A stretch of DNA of 62,183 bases, filler included, from Gonapodya sp. JEL0774 (taxonomy: Eukaryota): NCBI GenBank assembly GCA_027604505.1. It is 9 parts of 9 records of this genome, joined end to end, with 100 filler letters (N's around TTAATTAATTAA, not from the genome) between each part and the next. Parts side by side here need not be neighbours in the genome. Positions count along the whole stretch, not along the records: positions 48,511 to 55,303 come from JADIIX010000563.1; positions 55,404 to 62,183 come from JADIIX010000564.1; 7 more parts are not named here. One strand, written 5' to 3'. Under the pieces are notes generated by a model that saw nothing but the letters and a program-made list of their open reading frames with translations, did no database searches and had not been told where the DNA came from. A program made the translations under genes and the position numbers. Of the stretch, positions 50,065 to 61,129 are shown piece by piece (position 1 is the first letter of the stretch; each line of letters opens with the position of its first letter).

Positions 50065-51786
50065 ATGGACGCTTGTAAATCGGCTCAACCTAACCAAGAA
50101 CCGTCTGGCCTCGAAGAAAGGCCCGTGGATGCGGCGATAGCCAATGTATTACCGGAGTCGAGCCACACCGAGCACGATGTACCGCCAAGTGCAGAACCAC
50201 ACGACGGTCAAAACTCATCGGTCGAGCCGCTCCGTTGTGAGCGTAAAAGCTTGGACTCGAACTCGGAGCCTAGCTCCTCTTCAGGGAACTCGCTCAAGAC
50301 GTCGGCTTCACCACCGGCTCCTTCTCCCGGTCTCTGCGCGACTGCAGAAAGTCCTACATCACTTCCTCATGCCATTGCGACCACCATCGATCATCTACCC
50401 CTCGAAATCCTCCAGCGTGTGTTCCGCCTTCTCGCACCCGCCACGTTCTACAAACGAGTGCCCAGGGTCTCTCGTCGCTTTCACAGCGCCTTTCGTACCG
50501 CAATACCCGGGTGTACGGGGAACGAAATCGGTTTGTGCTGCACTGTTGTCTTCACGCCAGCCAGCTGGGTGGAGAGACAGAAGAAACTCGTGTTCAGCGA
50601 CAGGTTCAGAGAGGTATCCTACGGAGGGCGTGTGATATGGACCGCGTTTGAAATGGTGCAACAAGTTTCCGCTCGGAAGATACAACACAAAGGTGATGTG
50701 GCGAACTGGATGGAACAGGAACTGGAGGACCGGGCCTTGGCGAAGCTGTCGTTTTCTCCCCGGGCCACGTACGGTACTACTTACGGAGCAAGTTGGAAGT
50801 TGGTCGTCTCTGTGGCGCGTGTGGGCTTCACGGACAACAACTCGCGATATCGAATGGTGACGTTGGATGAAGTGCAGAAGGTGATGGAATTCGCAAACGC
50901 GCGCAGAATTCAAGAGGTATCCTTTGAGGATCTTGAGGCTCTGGATCAGATTGGGAGGCTCCCGCCTAGCATGTCAATGGCGTCGATAGAGCGGATTGGT
51001 GTTGGAGTTCAGGCCACACTTACTGACATTCCTCGCGTGAGCGTGTCGGATGTCCGACTCGGAACACTCATGACTCGATTCCCATCCGCAAGCAACATCA
51101 TTGGGGCTCCACAGTGTTGGGTGCCGGATGGTATTCGAACACAGGTCTCACCAAATGGAAAGGAGAGCTGTGTTTCGCCATCACGAAGGAATCTCGTGAG
51201 GTCGTTTCGATCTTTGGACACGCGGGCTAATAATGTGGAAGATTGTCTTGCGATTCTCAGAGTAGCGTCGTTTTACGAAAACTTGAGCGAATTCGGCGAC
51301 TTGTGGATCCATTGCGATCAAACACATCAATGGGATTGGGTCCAATCAAAAGAGCTATTGGAACTGCTGAGTCGTGTCGCAGGACTCAAACAGATCCAAC
51401 GACTCCACCTCCATTTCACTATCACGAGCACATTCGGGGACGTCTTAACAATTGAATCCAGAGCTCAACGAGCGATAAAAGCCACGAGAGTGGTGAAACA
51501 TCTGACAGACCTCATGCCGAACCTCGTTCACATCACTGCGACACCACATGCCAATCGCCATGTTCGAAGCTCGTCGATCACTGCACTTGGAGAGTTTGCC
51601 GGCGCGCTCATACGTGGCGTACCGGAAAACTGCACGGTTGAGATCCTCAAAGTCGCCGAGGCCATGGTGTTTATCCACGATAAGGATTGGTTGGAGGTGA
51701 TGATTAAGGAGGGGTGGCCGAAACAATTCCGGGGATGGGATGGGAGGAGGTCCGTGATAGTTCAGCATGGACGGGCGAGATGGTGA
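50065..51786 (+). CDS. F-box protein, single long exon (open frame begins at 49987; first in-frame ATG at 50065)
   Basis: TIDHLPLEILQRVFRLL....KRVPRVSRRFHSA is an F-box motif. The C-terminus is only weakly LRR-like. Confidence 0.8.
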   Translation: MDACKSAQPNQEPSGLEERPVDAAIANVLPESSHTEHDVPPSAEPHDGQNSSVEPLRCERKSLDSNSEPSSSSGNSLKTSASPPAPSPGLCATAESPTSLPHAIATTIDHLPLEILQRVFRLLAPATFYKRVPRVSRRFHSAFRTAIPGCTGNEIGLCCTVVFTPASWVERQKKLVFSDRFREVSYGGRVIWTAFEMVQQVSARKIQHKGDVANWMEQELEDRALAKLSFSPRATYGTTYGASWKLVVSVARVGFTDNNSRYRMVTLDEVQKVMEFANARRIQEVSFEDLEALDQIGRLPPSMSMASIERIGVGVQATLTDIPRVSVSDVRLGTLMTRFPSASNIIGAPQCWVPDGIRTQVSPNGKESCVSPSRRNLVRSFRSLDTRANNVEDCLAILRVASFYENLSEFGDLWIHCDQTHQWDWVQSKELLELLSRVAGLKQIQRLHLHFTITSTFGDVLTIESRAQRAIKATRVVKHLTDLMPNLVHITATPHANRHVRSSSITALGEFAGALIRGVPENCTVEILKVAEAMVFIHDKDWLEVMIKEGWPKQFRGWDGRRSVIVQHGRARW

Positions 51787-52305
51787 AGCGGGGTCCGTGA
51801 TGAAAGTGTTTATCTTGGAACTTATTCCGATCAACATGACACTCATTAAGGTTGCTCTCTGTTAGTTTGAGAGGTATAAGCGGACGAGGAGCGTTTTGGA
51901 TTCCAACCAGATAAGACGGATGACATTGACGTTTTTTATGCACAGCAATGTGCCATTCCTGCGTATCAGTTTCGCGCTATTTACACGCGAAGAATTGACT
52001 AGTGTTGGCAAGTTTCTAATCTGAACCATTCGGTGGAGTTGTTTGTGGTTTCCATTCTGCGGCCTGAGCTGATGGTTGCGTGCAGATCCGCACGTCCCAT
52101 GTGAGAAGACAAAGTAATACCAACCCGTGCATAGTCTCTGTAGAATATAGCCATTGGCACCGTTTCTTTGAGTAAATTGTAGGCGTATTGTCATGTACGC
52201 GGATCCGCAAACGCAAGAAGGTGAAGTGTCACTTTATGTCAAATTTCTGTTCTCAACAAGATGCGTGCGAAAAAATTGTTTGATCTATCATGAAACTGAA
52301 ATTTA

Positions 52306-55303
52306 CTACGCCGGAACTCTCGGATCTGCCTCTCTTGCCCAGAACCGATGCATTTTGAGCATATTGGCGACTCTGCCAGCAGCATCCTCCCCAGCACTCT
52401 CGCCCTCCCCGCTGCTCACAGCAACTCCCATCGGGTCCGTCGCGGCGGAAGGCATGATAGACGAAAGAGTAGACGTGAGCTTGTCCTTGGCAAAGTTGGC
52501 AGCTGAAATTTGTGGAGGACAGGTCAACCTTCATCGTTCCCCTGCCTGCCGGTGTTAGGCAACTTAACCCACCCTTCTCTGAAAAAGTTTGGTCTCCGCC
52601 TTCGTCGTTCGTATCCGGACTTGTCGTAGAATTCCCCATACCAACCACAGGCACATCGCTCGCTCCCAATAACCCCACCCCTTGACCCCACGCCACCAAA
52701 GGTTTGCAGTGCTTGAAAGCTTCGTTTACGAAGTGAACGGCGAGACCATCACGTTTGAGTGTAGTGATCATCTCCGAAGTACCACTTGGTATAACAAGGG
52801 CGTCGAAAAAGGTGCTGTGAGACGTGAGAAGAGCGTGATCAACTGCTTGCTTGGTTTCGCCGTCTTTGCCGGTGAGCGGAGACAGGAACTGCACCAAAAG
52901 TCCAACAGATAGCACTTGAACTTTCGAATTCCGGAATAAAGTCCTAAAGAGAACAGTACTTACTACTGAAATAACCTGCACTATGGCTCCCTCGCCTTCC
53001 AGCTTCCGCTTGAACGCGTTCAAACCTTCCACGTCCACTCCATCTGCCGCCACGACTGCGATCTTGCGCCCTTGAATGCTTTTGGGAAGAAACTCTAGTT
53101 GAGAAAGACCTTTGGCTTTGCGACCGTTGTTAGGAACAGCTGGTTGTTCCGGTGCTTTGACACCGATAGCTCTAAAATTCGAACGCGCGATCATATTGAT
53201 TCAATAAAAGTGGAAGATAAGTCAAAGCATTCACTATTTCTTTCGCTTACCGAGCAACTTGACATGCCAAATCGAAATCAACGTGATTGAGTCTTCCGAC
53301 CATTCTCTCTCGGACCCCGATGTCCGTGCACTTGCCCAGCTCAAACCAAGCAGCTGCAAGTGTCATTACATCAACCTTCGCGATTAGATCCCAATAGATA
53401 AGGAACAGCCTGCACGTAGTACGCACCGGCAATGATATGTTTCTTCTCTACCTCGCTCATTGAGTTCCAAAACATCTGTGCCTGCGAATCATGATCGAGC
53501 CACTTGGCCCCTGCTTTCGCCCTCACCTTTCCCAGCGAGCGACCGACGGCTTCTGCTGGTGGTGATTTTGTTGAATGCATGTATCCACCTTGGTCTACTG
53601 GCACCATGTGTGGTTCACCAGTCCCCAGCTCCGTTGGATAGTAGTTGACATTCCCGCGGTGCACCTGCATCTGCATAGCCCCGTCCCTCTGATTGTTCGC
53701 CACCGGACAAACTGATCGATTGGTAGGCAGTTGGTGGAAGTTTGGGCCCAAACGATGGAGTTGCGTGTCGTGGTACGCGAATATCCGTGACTGAAGCAGA
53801 GGATCGTTGGAGAAAGTGATGCCCGGTATGACACGTTGCACAGCGAAGGCAGCTTGTTCAACTTGAGCGAAGAAGTTGTCCGGAACCCTGTTGAACGAAA
53901 AATGTGTCGGATGTAGTTCTGAAAAACATCGCCTGCAAAATTAAAAACGTACCTATCTAGTGTGATCTTGCCAATACGCCTGATAGGAACCAAGTCTTCG
54001 GGGATAATCTGAGCCAATGCTGGTACGTCAGATCATTTCAAAGAAGATCTATGGCTTGAAAAGGAAACCAACCTTGGTGGAATCCAAAATGTCAAAGTCA
54101 AACTTGTCCTCTTCTCCGACTGGTACAGTTTGAATCCCAAGTTCCCATTCTGGATAAGCTCCTTGGCGTATCGCATCGTACAAGTCACGGCGAAAGTGAT
54201 CCGGATCTTTGCCAGCGAGCTTCTGCTGCTCGTCCCAGAGGTTCTAATTCGGATGACGGCGTGAGCCCGCTGATCATTCCATGCATGCGGTTTTGTATAG
54301 ATCATTCAACTCACGGAAAGAACTCCGTTGCTTGTGGGTGTCCAAGTGAACCGCACAAAAGACTCGTCTCCTTTATCATTTTGGAAGATGAACGAATGAA
54401 CGCCAAAACCCTGTGGTGATGGATAAACGACCCAGTTGCATATAACAGGCGGATCAAGTCGAACATCGGGGTCTCTCTACGCTTAATCGCACCTGCATCG
54501 AGCGGTAGTTGTGAGGGACTGTTCTATCTGATAGTATCCACATTACCATGTGAAGGGATTCTGATTTTGGGACACAGCAGCCATGATCAGTGACGTCAGT
54601 TCCCAGTACGCTGCCGTGCACTCACCTGGTGTTTTCGAGATGAAATCCCAGAAGCTGTTGTGCGCAGATTGAGCCTGTGGCATATCGAGCTGCGGTTCGG
54701 GCTTGAGTGCGTGAACAAGGTCAGGGAACTTGATGCCGTCTTGGATGAAGAAAACGGGAACTGGAGCGAGTACCAATCGGGTTCGACAAAGATCCACAAT
54801 CCATTACATGATCACGAGCTCACTGTTGTTGCCAACCTGATAAAACGAGTGTATCTCAAAGTCAGAACAAAATGAATCAGAGATCCCTCACTGAACAAAA
54901 TCTCACCAAGTCCCAGACACCTTCTTCCGTATAAAATTTGATAGGCGTCCCTCTTACATCCCTCACTGGATCGGCACTCCCCTTGGAGCCTTGCACTTGC
55001 GAAAACCGCATGAATATGGGAGTTTTCTTACCCGCCTCGGAAAACAATTTGGCTCGCGTGAGTGCTGTGAGAGGCTCATAACACTCAAAAACTCCGAAGG
55101 CACCGGTCCCACGGGCGTGGACAACACGTTCTGGGATGCGTTCGCGGTTGAAGCTATAGTCAAAGTGTCGTTGAACAAGAAATAGTAGGCTTTCTCATCG
55201 TTGAGCGAGCTCACTGCTGCTGCTTCTCCTGGTGGTGAAAGTCTTCTAAAAGAGTCGGGCCGCGGTTGCCAGCTTTCAGTGAATCATCTGTAGTGGGAAG
55301 CTG
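52306..55303 (-). CDS. Large-subunit (clade 2, HPII/KatE-type) heme catalase with a C-terminal DJ-1/GAT-like domain, 5' truncated
   Basis: [94 protein letters not shown]. Confidence 0.95.
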
Positions 55304-55403
55304 NNNNNNNNNNNNNNNNNNNNNNNNNNNNNNNNNNNNNNNNNNNNTTAATTAATTAANNNNNNNNNNNNNNNNNNNNNNNNNNNNNNNNNNNNNNNNN
55401 NNN
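55304..55403. other. Artificial contig spacer
   Basis: N44-TTAATTAATTAA-N44. Confidence 0.99.
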
Positions 55404-55449
55404 TTCTTCCATCCTCAATGAGCAAATTTTGGCCTCAGAGTGCTTGGAT

Positions 55450-56493
55450 TCATGGAGAATTCAGCTGGCATGCACATGTTGAATCTTGCCAAGCCTCCTC
55501 ATTTAGGCAAGCAGTCACTGAGAACAAGAACAGCAAGTACGTTGTTATGGGTGACAAAAGTCCTCCCATAGATATGTATAAGTGGAGTGCAAAGCCTGTG
55601 GATGCGCTTTCGGGCAGAACGGCATGCAAGCTGCGCAGAAACCAGGTGGGGGATGCAATTTCCCCAGCACAAAGTATAAAAGCAAAGTGCCCCGTTGGAT
55701 TGCAGATTGCTATGTAGTTCTGCCATGCCGCCACGGGGCAGGTTGCCTCACTGGGCAGTTGCTCCATCCATACCTCAAGAGATATGGTGGGGTTGTGGTG
55801 CTTTGCGTAGGGCAAAGTGACAGCCACAGAGGGTTTGTTGTCAGTGCTCCGAGTGAGTGGAACCCCAGCAAGAGGCAGAACTCGCTGAGGGTTTGAGTGA
55901 CTATCAGAGACAGTCAACTCGCCGAGACGGAAAAGACCATAAAAGGCAAAAGAGCAGATCACACAGAACAGAGCGTGATCTGGATGATCCAGTGATAGGC
56001 GGATCAGAATTGCCCGTAGTTGAGTGATATGAAGTGGCTGCGCCTGCTTAATGGGGCGTTTTTGCGGTTCCGAGCAGAGAGCCCGAAGCATACCAATGGT
56101 CGCTGGGTCACTCTGCGCGGGCCAATCCAGGCGGAGTACCCTGTGCCAAAAGGCCAGCCCGGAGAGGGACTGGAGAATGGTGCTGTGGTCATGCAGCAAC
56201 GAAAGATGGGAGATGTAAAACCAAAGACCCTGTTGTGGGATGGGGAACACCAGGTTGGAGTCAGGAAGGTGCCTGTCACGAATGAGACGCTGATATCGCC
56301 ATAAAGCCGAGATGTATTTGCGAGCTGTGAGGGGTTGAACTGGGTGCCCAAGCAGGTGAATCAGCCTCTGGCCAATTAGCGAGTCAGGAGGGGCTATATC
56401 CATGCGAGAAGTGCTTTGTGCGGCGATCCATGTAGCAACGTCCAGTACAGCCAGCAGATTGGCAACCGTATGGCCGGGATGTGCGGCATTCAT
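55450..56493 (-). CDS. Tyrosine recombinase ORF3, C-terminally truncated
   Basis: T.RKY, SLSGLAFWH, AFYGLFRLGEL, LPYAK and CPVAA are present. Homology ends at GFALH (about 55582), before the expected H-S-x-R and catalytic Tyr. The ATG overlaps the RT stop (ATGA). Confidence 0.85.
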   Translation of the reverse strand: MNAAHPGHTVANLLAVLDVATWIAAQSTSRMDIAPPDSLIGQRLIHLLGHPVQPLTARKYISALWRYQRLIRDRHLPDSNLVFPIPQQGLWFYISHLSLLHDHSTILQSLSGLAFWHRVLRLDWPAQSDPATIGMLRALCSEPQKRPIKQAQPLHITQLRAILIRLSLDHPDHALFCVICSFAFYGLFRLGELTVSDSHSNPQRVLPLAGVPLTRSTDNKPSVAVTLPYAKHHNPTISLEVWMEQLPSEATCPVAAWQNYIAICNPTGHFAFILCAGEIASPTWFLRSLHAVLPESASTGFALHLYISMGGLLSPITTYLLFLFSVTACLNEEAWQDSTCACQLNSP

Positions 56494-58487
56494 TGCGCCT
56501 CCAGCAGCGCTCTCAGGGCGTCTGCTGGTTCAAAACAAAGTGGGGCCACCACCGGGGGGATAAAAAAGGGCCCAGGGAATGCAAAGAAGCATTCATCAAG
56601 GCCAGATCGTGAAATCTTGTCGGCGGTCACATTCAGCTTGCCTGAGATGTGCATGAGATAAAGCTTGCAATTGAGAGCCACCTGAGCAGTGTACAGTTTG
56701 CGGATGAGTGAGCGGACAGCACCGTCTGAGTTGTTGCTAGAACTCTTAGCAAAGGACTGGACGTTGCCGAGGTTGTCTGTGAAGCAGACAAGTTGTCGGC
56801 TGTTCACCAAGTCAGCAAAGGAGTGCAAAGTAACGAGCACCATAGCAAGCTCCTTCGCCTGAATGGAGACGGGAGACACCATTTGCGAGGGCCAAGTGAT
56901 CAGTGTAAAGACATTGCCGATCGTTGCACCACCTTTCAGCGGGGTGGAGTGGGTATAAAATTGCGAGACATTTGGTTCTTCCCAGAGGGGTTCTGGGACA
57001 AGACTTAAGCCCTGCCAGGATTCCAAGACTGCGGACCACCAGGTAAACTCCTCGTGCATTGCTATGGTGATGCGGCGGATGCCGTGACCCAGGGCTTTGG
57101 GGAAGATGCGGCGTGCGCACTCCTGTGTGAAAATTTGGCTGTGAAGCAGCACCTGAGAGTACCAGATCAGCGAGCCAACAAGACGCTCGAGCTCGGTGAC
57201 GGTGCAAGTGCTTCGTGTCTTCCACGCAACAAGAGCTTTCAAGAGAGATGACGGGCGGGGTTCAGGGATAGATACCCGCAGGCCAATGGTATCAATCTCA
57301 AACCCTACGAAGACAATCTTCTGGGTGGGTGGCACGCACTTCTCAGCGGCGGTGGGGACACCTAGTGCTGATAGCAATGCAAGCAAGCCAAAATACGCAG
57401 AAGAAGCTTCGGCAAAGGCACCGGGGATGATCGCCAAGAAGTCATCCATGTAATGAAGTATGCAACGGACACCGAGAATACGGTGTGCAAGCCAGCAGAT
57501 CAGATCGGCGAACCGATTGAAAATGGCGGGGCTTGCGCGGCTGCCAAAAGAGAGGGCAAGGTCCATGAAAAAGCGACCGCGCCACTTGAACGTGTGACCA
57601 AGTTGGTCAAGGATGAGCAGAGGGCATTTCCGATAGGCAGACTTGATGTCCACCTTGAATGCCCAACATCCTCGGCCATAATGTCGCACCCACGAGATCG
57701 CAACTGCAATCCCTGCGTAGAAGGTACGGAAGTCCTCAGGGTCTATGAGATCATTCACAGATTGAAGACCCAGGGGTGCTGCCGATAGGTTAAAGATCTG
57801 CCGGACTTTGTTAGAGTCCCGTTTTGGGACCTGACCAACAGGGGATGCCATCACCAAAGGGTGCGGAGGGAGAACAGTGCCAGCTGACATGCGGCCTGCG
57901 GCAATCTCAGTTGAGATGCTGTCGTCAATAGCTTCCGGAACCAAAAGTGCGGAGCGCAGAGGTTCCAAAACAAAGGGGTGTGCGGCAGCAAGGTTGATCT
58001 CATATGAGAATCCGGAAGTAAAGCCTTGCACAAGATAAGCGATGTATGCTTGGTTAGGGTGGTCCCGAGTCCAAAGTAGGAGCTGGGGAATTTTGACCGA
58101 AGTGGTGCCTGATCTAAAGAGTCGGAGGGGCAGAGCTGCCATGAGCTCGCGTTGAGCAGTACTTAAATAATATGGACGGAGGTTGGAGGACTCCGTTGCA
58201 CGTGCAGAATAAAGAAAAGGCTTGCCGGAGACGGCAGCGGTCCCCGATTCCCGAAAGAGGGGAAGCTGGGGACGGAGGTGCGCGGGGTTAAACCAAGGCT
58301 GGGCGACCGGCAACAGCGGCTCCTGCTGCTGCGGGACGCTGCGCTGCTCCACGGGGGCCGTTGGGGCCTGCGTTGTCCTGGGGGCCACGAAAGGCACCGC
58401 GATTTGGATCAGCGGGGTGAGCGGAGCCCCTGTGATCAGAGCTAAAGCAAACTCTGCAAACGTGGCGGCGGTTGTACTTACGGGCAA
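56490..58487 (-). CDS. Reverse transcriptase-RNase H ORF2 (no clear ATG; overlaps gag)
   Basis: SPVGQVPK..RQIFNLS..SVND, KVDIKSAYR, LSFGSRASPAIF, YMDDF, FVGFEIDT; RNase H motifs KEL, FTDN and NVTADKISR. Confidence 0.95.
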   Translation of the reverse strand: MPVSTTAATFAEFALALITGAPLTPLIQIAVPFVAPRTTQAPTAPVEQRSVPQQQEPLLPVAQPWFNPAHLRPQLPLFRESGTAAVSGKPFLYSARATESSNLRPYYLSTAQRELMAALPLRLFRSGTTSVKIPQLLLWTRDHPNQAYIAYLVQGFTSGFSYEINLAAAHPFVLEPLRSALLVPEAIDDSISTEIAAGRMSAGTVLPPHPLVMASPVGQVPKRDSNKVRQIFNLSAAPLGLQSVNDLIDPEDFRTFYAGIAVAISWVRHYGRGCWAFKVDIKSAYRKCPLLILDQLGHTFKWRGRFFMDLALSFGSRASPAIFNRFADLICWLAHRILGVRCILHYMDDFLAIIPGAFAEASSAYFGLLALLSALGVPTAAEKCVPPTQKIVFVGFEIDTIGLRVSIPEPRPSSLLKALVAWKTRSTCTVTELERLVGSLIWYSQVLLHSQIFTQECARRIFPKALGHGIRRITIAMHEEFTWWSAVLESWQGLSLVPEPLWEEPNVSQFYTHSTPLKGGATIGNVFTLITWPSQMVSPVSIQAKELAMVLVTLHSFADLVNSRQLVCFTDNLGNVQSFAKSSSNNSDGAVRSLIRKLYTAQVALNCKLYLMHISGKLNVTADKISRSGLDECFFAFPGPFFIPPVVAPLCFEPADALRALLEAQ

Positions 58488-58865
58488 GGGCCGTCACTAC
58501 AGCTGCCACAATTTTAGTTGTTGCACACGTTGCTAAGTCCGTTGCTATTCCGTGTGTTGGAGCGAGAATTGCTCTTCATTGCACCCCCACCTGCAGCGCC
58601 TGGCGTGCGGGAGGAGCCTGCAATGGAACCGAGGAATCGAGCCAGGAGAAATGGACAAAGGATCGAAGTACAGAGACAAGCGGAGCGGGTGGATAACTAG
58701 AGGAGTGGTGAAAGCATGGTGTGAACGGTGTGTTCTGGAGGTGAGCAAGGTGCGCTCTTGAATGAGAGCCCATGAAAGGGAGTATTCTCCGTGGGTTTTC
58801 AGTTGTTGATGTGATGAGGACCTCGTCACCAGCCCACCCTCACAAGGACTACGTGCGCGAATCAA
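58288..58865 (-). pseudogene. Gag-like ORF1 remnant with a zinc-finger tail
   Basis: VCNN*..CGSCSDGPCP/RRHVCRVCFSSDH is spread across frames with stops. Confidence 0.6.
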
Positions 58866-59455
58866 AGACTTTGTCTCGAACCGTGCAGTACGTCTGCCGC
58901 CCGATCAAGTCGGCACCCCTCCGTCTGTCCCCTCGGTGAAATAATTAAATAGGTACGCCATTCTTTCATTTCTAGTGCTTCTAATGCTTCTATTACATGA
59001 TCGTGCTCGTAACTGTGGCCATCTCACATTCCAACGGCAAATTTTAGGAGGGGTGAAGGATGGTACATAAGCAACGGGGCTTGTTTTACCAACTTAATAA
59101 TATTGCATAAACGAGAAAATGTTAATAAGGGTGACCTTAAATTTGAGGTCGTAGGACGGGGAGGAGATGTCTGGCGGGGTGCAGGTGGCATGGGGTGAGG
59201 ACCGATGAGCAGTGCGTTGCGTGCATGACCCCGGTAACGCCAACACGACGGAAACCCCCAAACCCCAAAGCGACAAAAACCTCTCACGAAAGCCCTCACC
59301 ACTCCCCCAAACCCCCACAACAATCTACTTACTGGCCCACTCAGCCATCCCCCGCCGGCACCGAGTAGTTTGCCACTGTTTGGTTGAGCAGTCCGACTAG
59401 GAGGGCGGGGAGCGCGTGGTTGTCGAGAACGATTTAGTTGGCGCAGGCCTAGGTG

Positions 59456-59590
59456 AACCCAAGGCGGTTCAAATTGCGATGTGGAAAGTGAAGTGGTGTC
59501 CCGAACCACCGTCCGTCAACCCCAAGGCGGACCGATTTGCCATGTCAAAAACGAAGTCAGTGTCCCGAACCACCACCCATCAACCCCTCA
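59456..59590. repeat. Degenerate two-copy tandem repeat of about 63 bp
   Basis: CCCAAGGCGG....TTGC.ATGT....GAAGT..GTGTCCCGAACCACC occurs twice. Confidence 0.75.
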
Positions 59591-61129
59591 TCACCCCATC
59601 ACCCCATCACCCCTCATACAGATCTCGCCCAGGTCGCGACGGACTCACCGCCCGTCCGTGAAACCTCCTCATGGCCTCGTGGCACTCGTCGCGGGCGGAA
59701 CACACCGGGTCGAGGTAGGTGTGGGAGACGTACGAGGCGTTGGAGAGTTGGGTGGGGGGGGTAGAGGGGTCTGGTAGGTGGTAGGGTTGGATGGGATTGG
59801 CGTGTAAGACGAGTGAACGTCACATCGATCGAATGAATGAATAAATCGAGTGCATAGTTGGCCTCGTTCCGGCGGTAGAAACCATGGGAGTATGCCATGA
59901 GGTGAATGGACAGAGAAGGTTCATTCGACTCCGGCGGAATCACTCCCTCCCGTCGGGACAGAGGCTCACACTCACCTGAAACGCGTCTCATCTAAAGCCC
60001 CGCACGCCACGGCTAGCCTGACCCACTCGTTTATCCTGCCGATCACTTGCTGGACACGTTGGCGCCCACCGCCTCGACCAAGTCCTCCACCGTTTATTCC
60101 AAGAGAGAAACCTCAACAAACCCGAGAGTCTGGTGGGTTCCGTGGTGAGGGCGAGGAGGTCTGTGGTGAGGTTGTAGGTCTGGACCTGTTGGACAACCCA
60201 CGGTGGGTTCATTGGCGCGGCGGAGACGAAGAGGGTGAGGGGGATTGATTCGAAACACCTACGATCACAGGAAACCATGAAGAAAATGATATAACAAATG
60301 AGCGCGAGCTTTCATTGCTGTTTTCTCCATTTTTTGGCGCAGAAACATCCTTGGTCGTCGTGCATCACATCTCACCAACTCAAACGGCATTGAATGTTGA
60401 ACACGTAAAGTACAATCGATTTATAATTGCTTCGCTGCTTAATGGAAGTACTATATCCTAAACCCCTTCCTTCCGTTGCTTTTTCAAAGTCCTTCCTTTG
60501 CCGTCGCCATCGCCGCCATCGCCGCCACCTCCGAATGTTGAGCCAATGGTGAATGGGTTGAGAAATTTCGTGACAAGTTGTGTTGTGGCAGGGAGGATGG
60601 AACACCAGATGGATTGTGAGGAATATGCGTCAATTACAAAGCGACGGAAGATCAGATCAGTCGAATTAACAATGAATGATCACATACCACCACTCACATC
60701 CCATGCATTCCTGGTCTTCGGTAGTCTCTCCTACCTCCCGTTCCTCCTCCTCACCACTGCCCTCCTCTTTATCTTCCGACTCCCGTCTCCTCTTCGTCCC
60801 TTGATGGGGCATGACGGGAGTGGGGCCATCGACTGGGGCTGTGGCCAGAAAATGAAGGGAAGGTTCCGGGAGGAACGGGGTGGTTGGGCCAGAGGCAAGC
60901 GGGTCCGGGCCTTTGGTGCCCGCGTCATCGAGTGGATTCGGTTCGGGGGTGGTTATGTGGGAGGATGAGGGAGAAGAGTCTAGGACAGCTGAGGCTATGG
61001 TGTTGCGGGATGCGGCAGAAGTGTTGGAGAGTGGATTTGAGACCGGGGGTTGATGCCGGAGGAGGAAACGGGGAGGAAGTTAGACAACGCAAAGTGCCCA
61101 GTGGTGCAAGGGATGACGCATTAGGGAGA

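Larger units (their letters stand above)
55582..58865 (-). mobile_element. Tyrosine-recombinase retrotransposon (DIRS order, Ngaro-like), defective
   Basis: A gag-like zinc-finger ORF, an RT-RNase H ORF and a tyrosine recombinase ORF lie in tandem with overlaps and no introns. Termini not identified. Confidence 0.9.

Noticed and set aside
50917..50925. U12-type 5' splice site GTATCCTTT
   Set aside because: It lies within an uninterrupted F-box ORF and no matching U12 branch point was seen.
58286..58298. Programmed -1 frameshift site at the gag/RT overlap
   Set aside because: TGGTTTA does not fit the X XXY YYZ pattern, and gag is degenerate.
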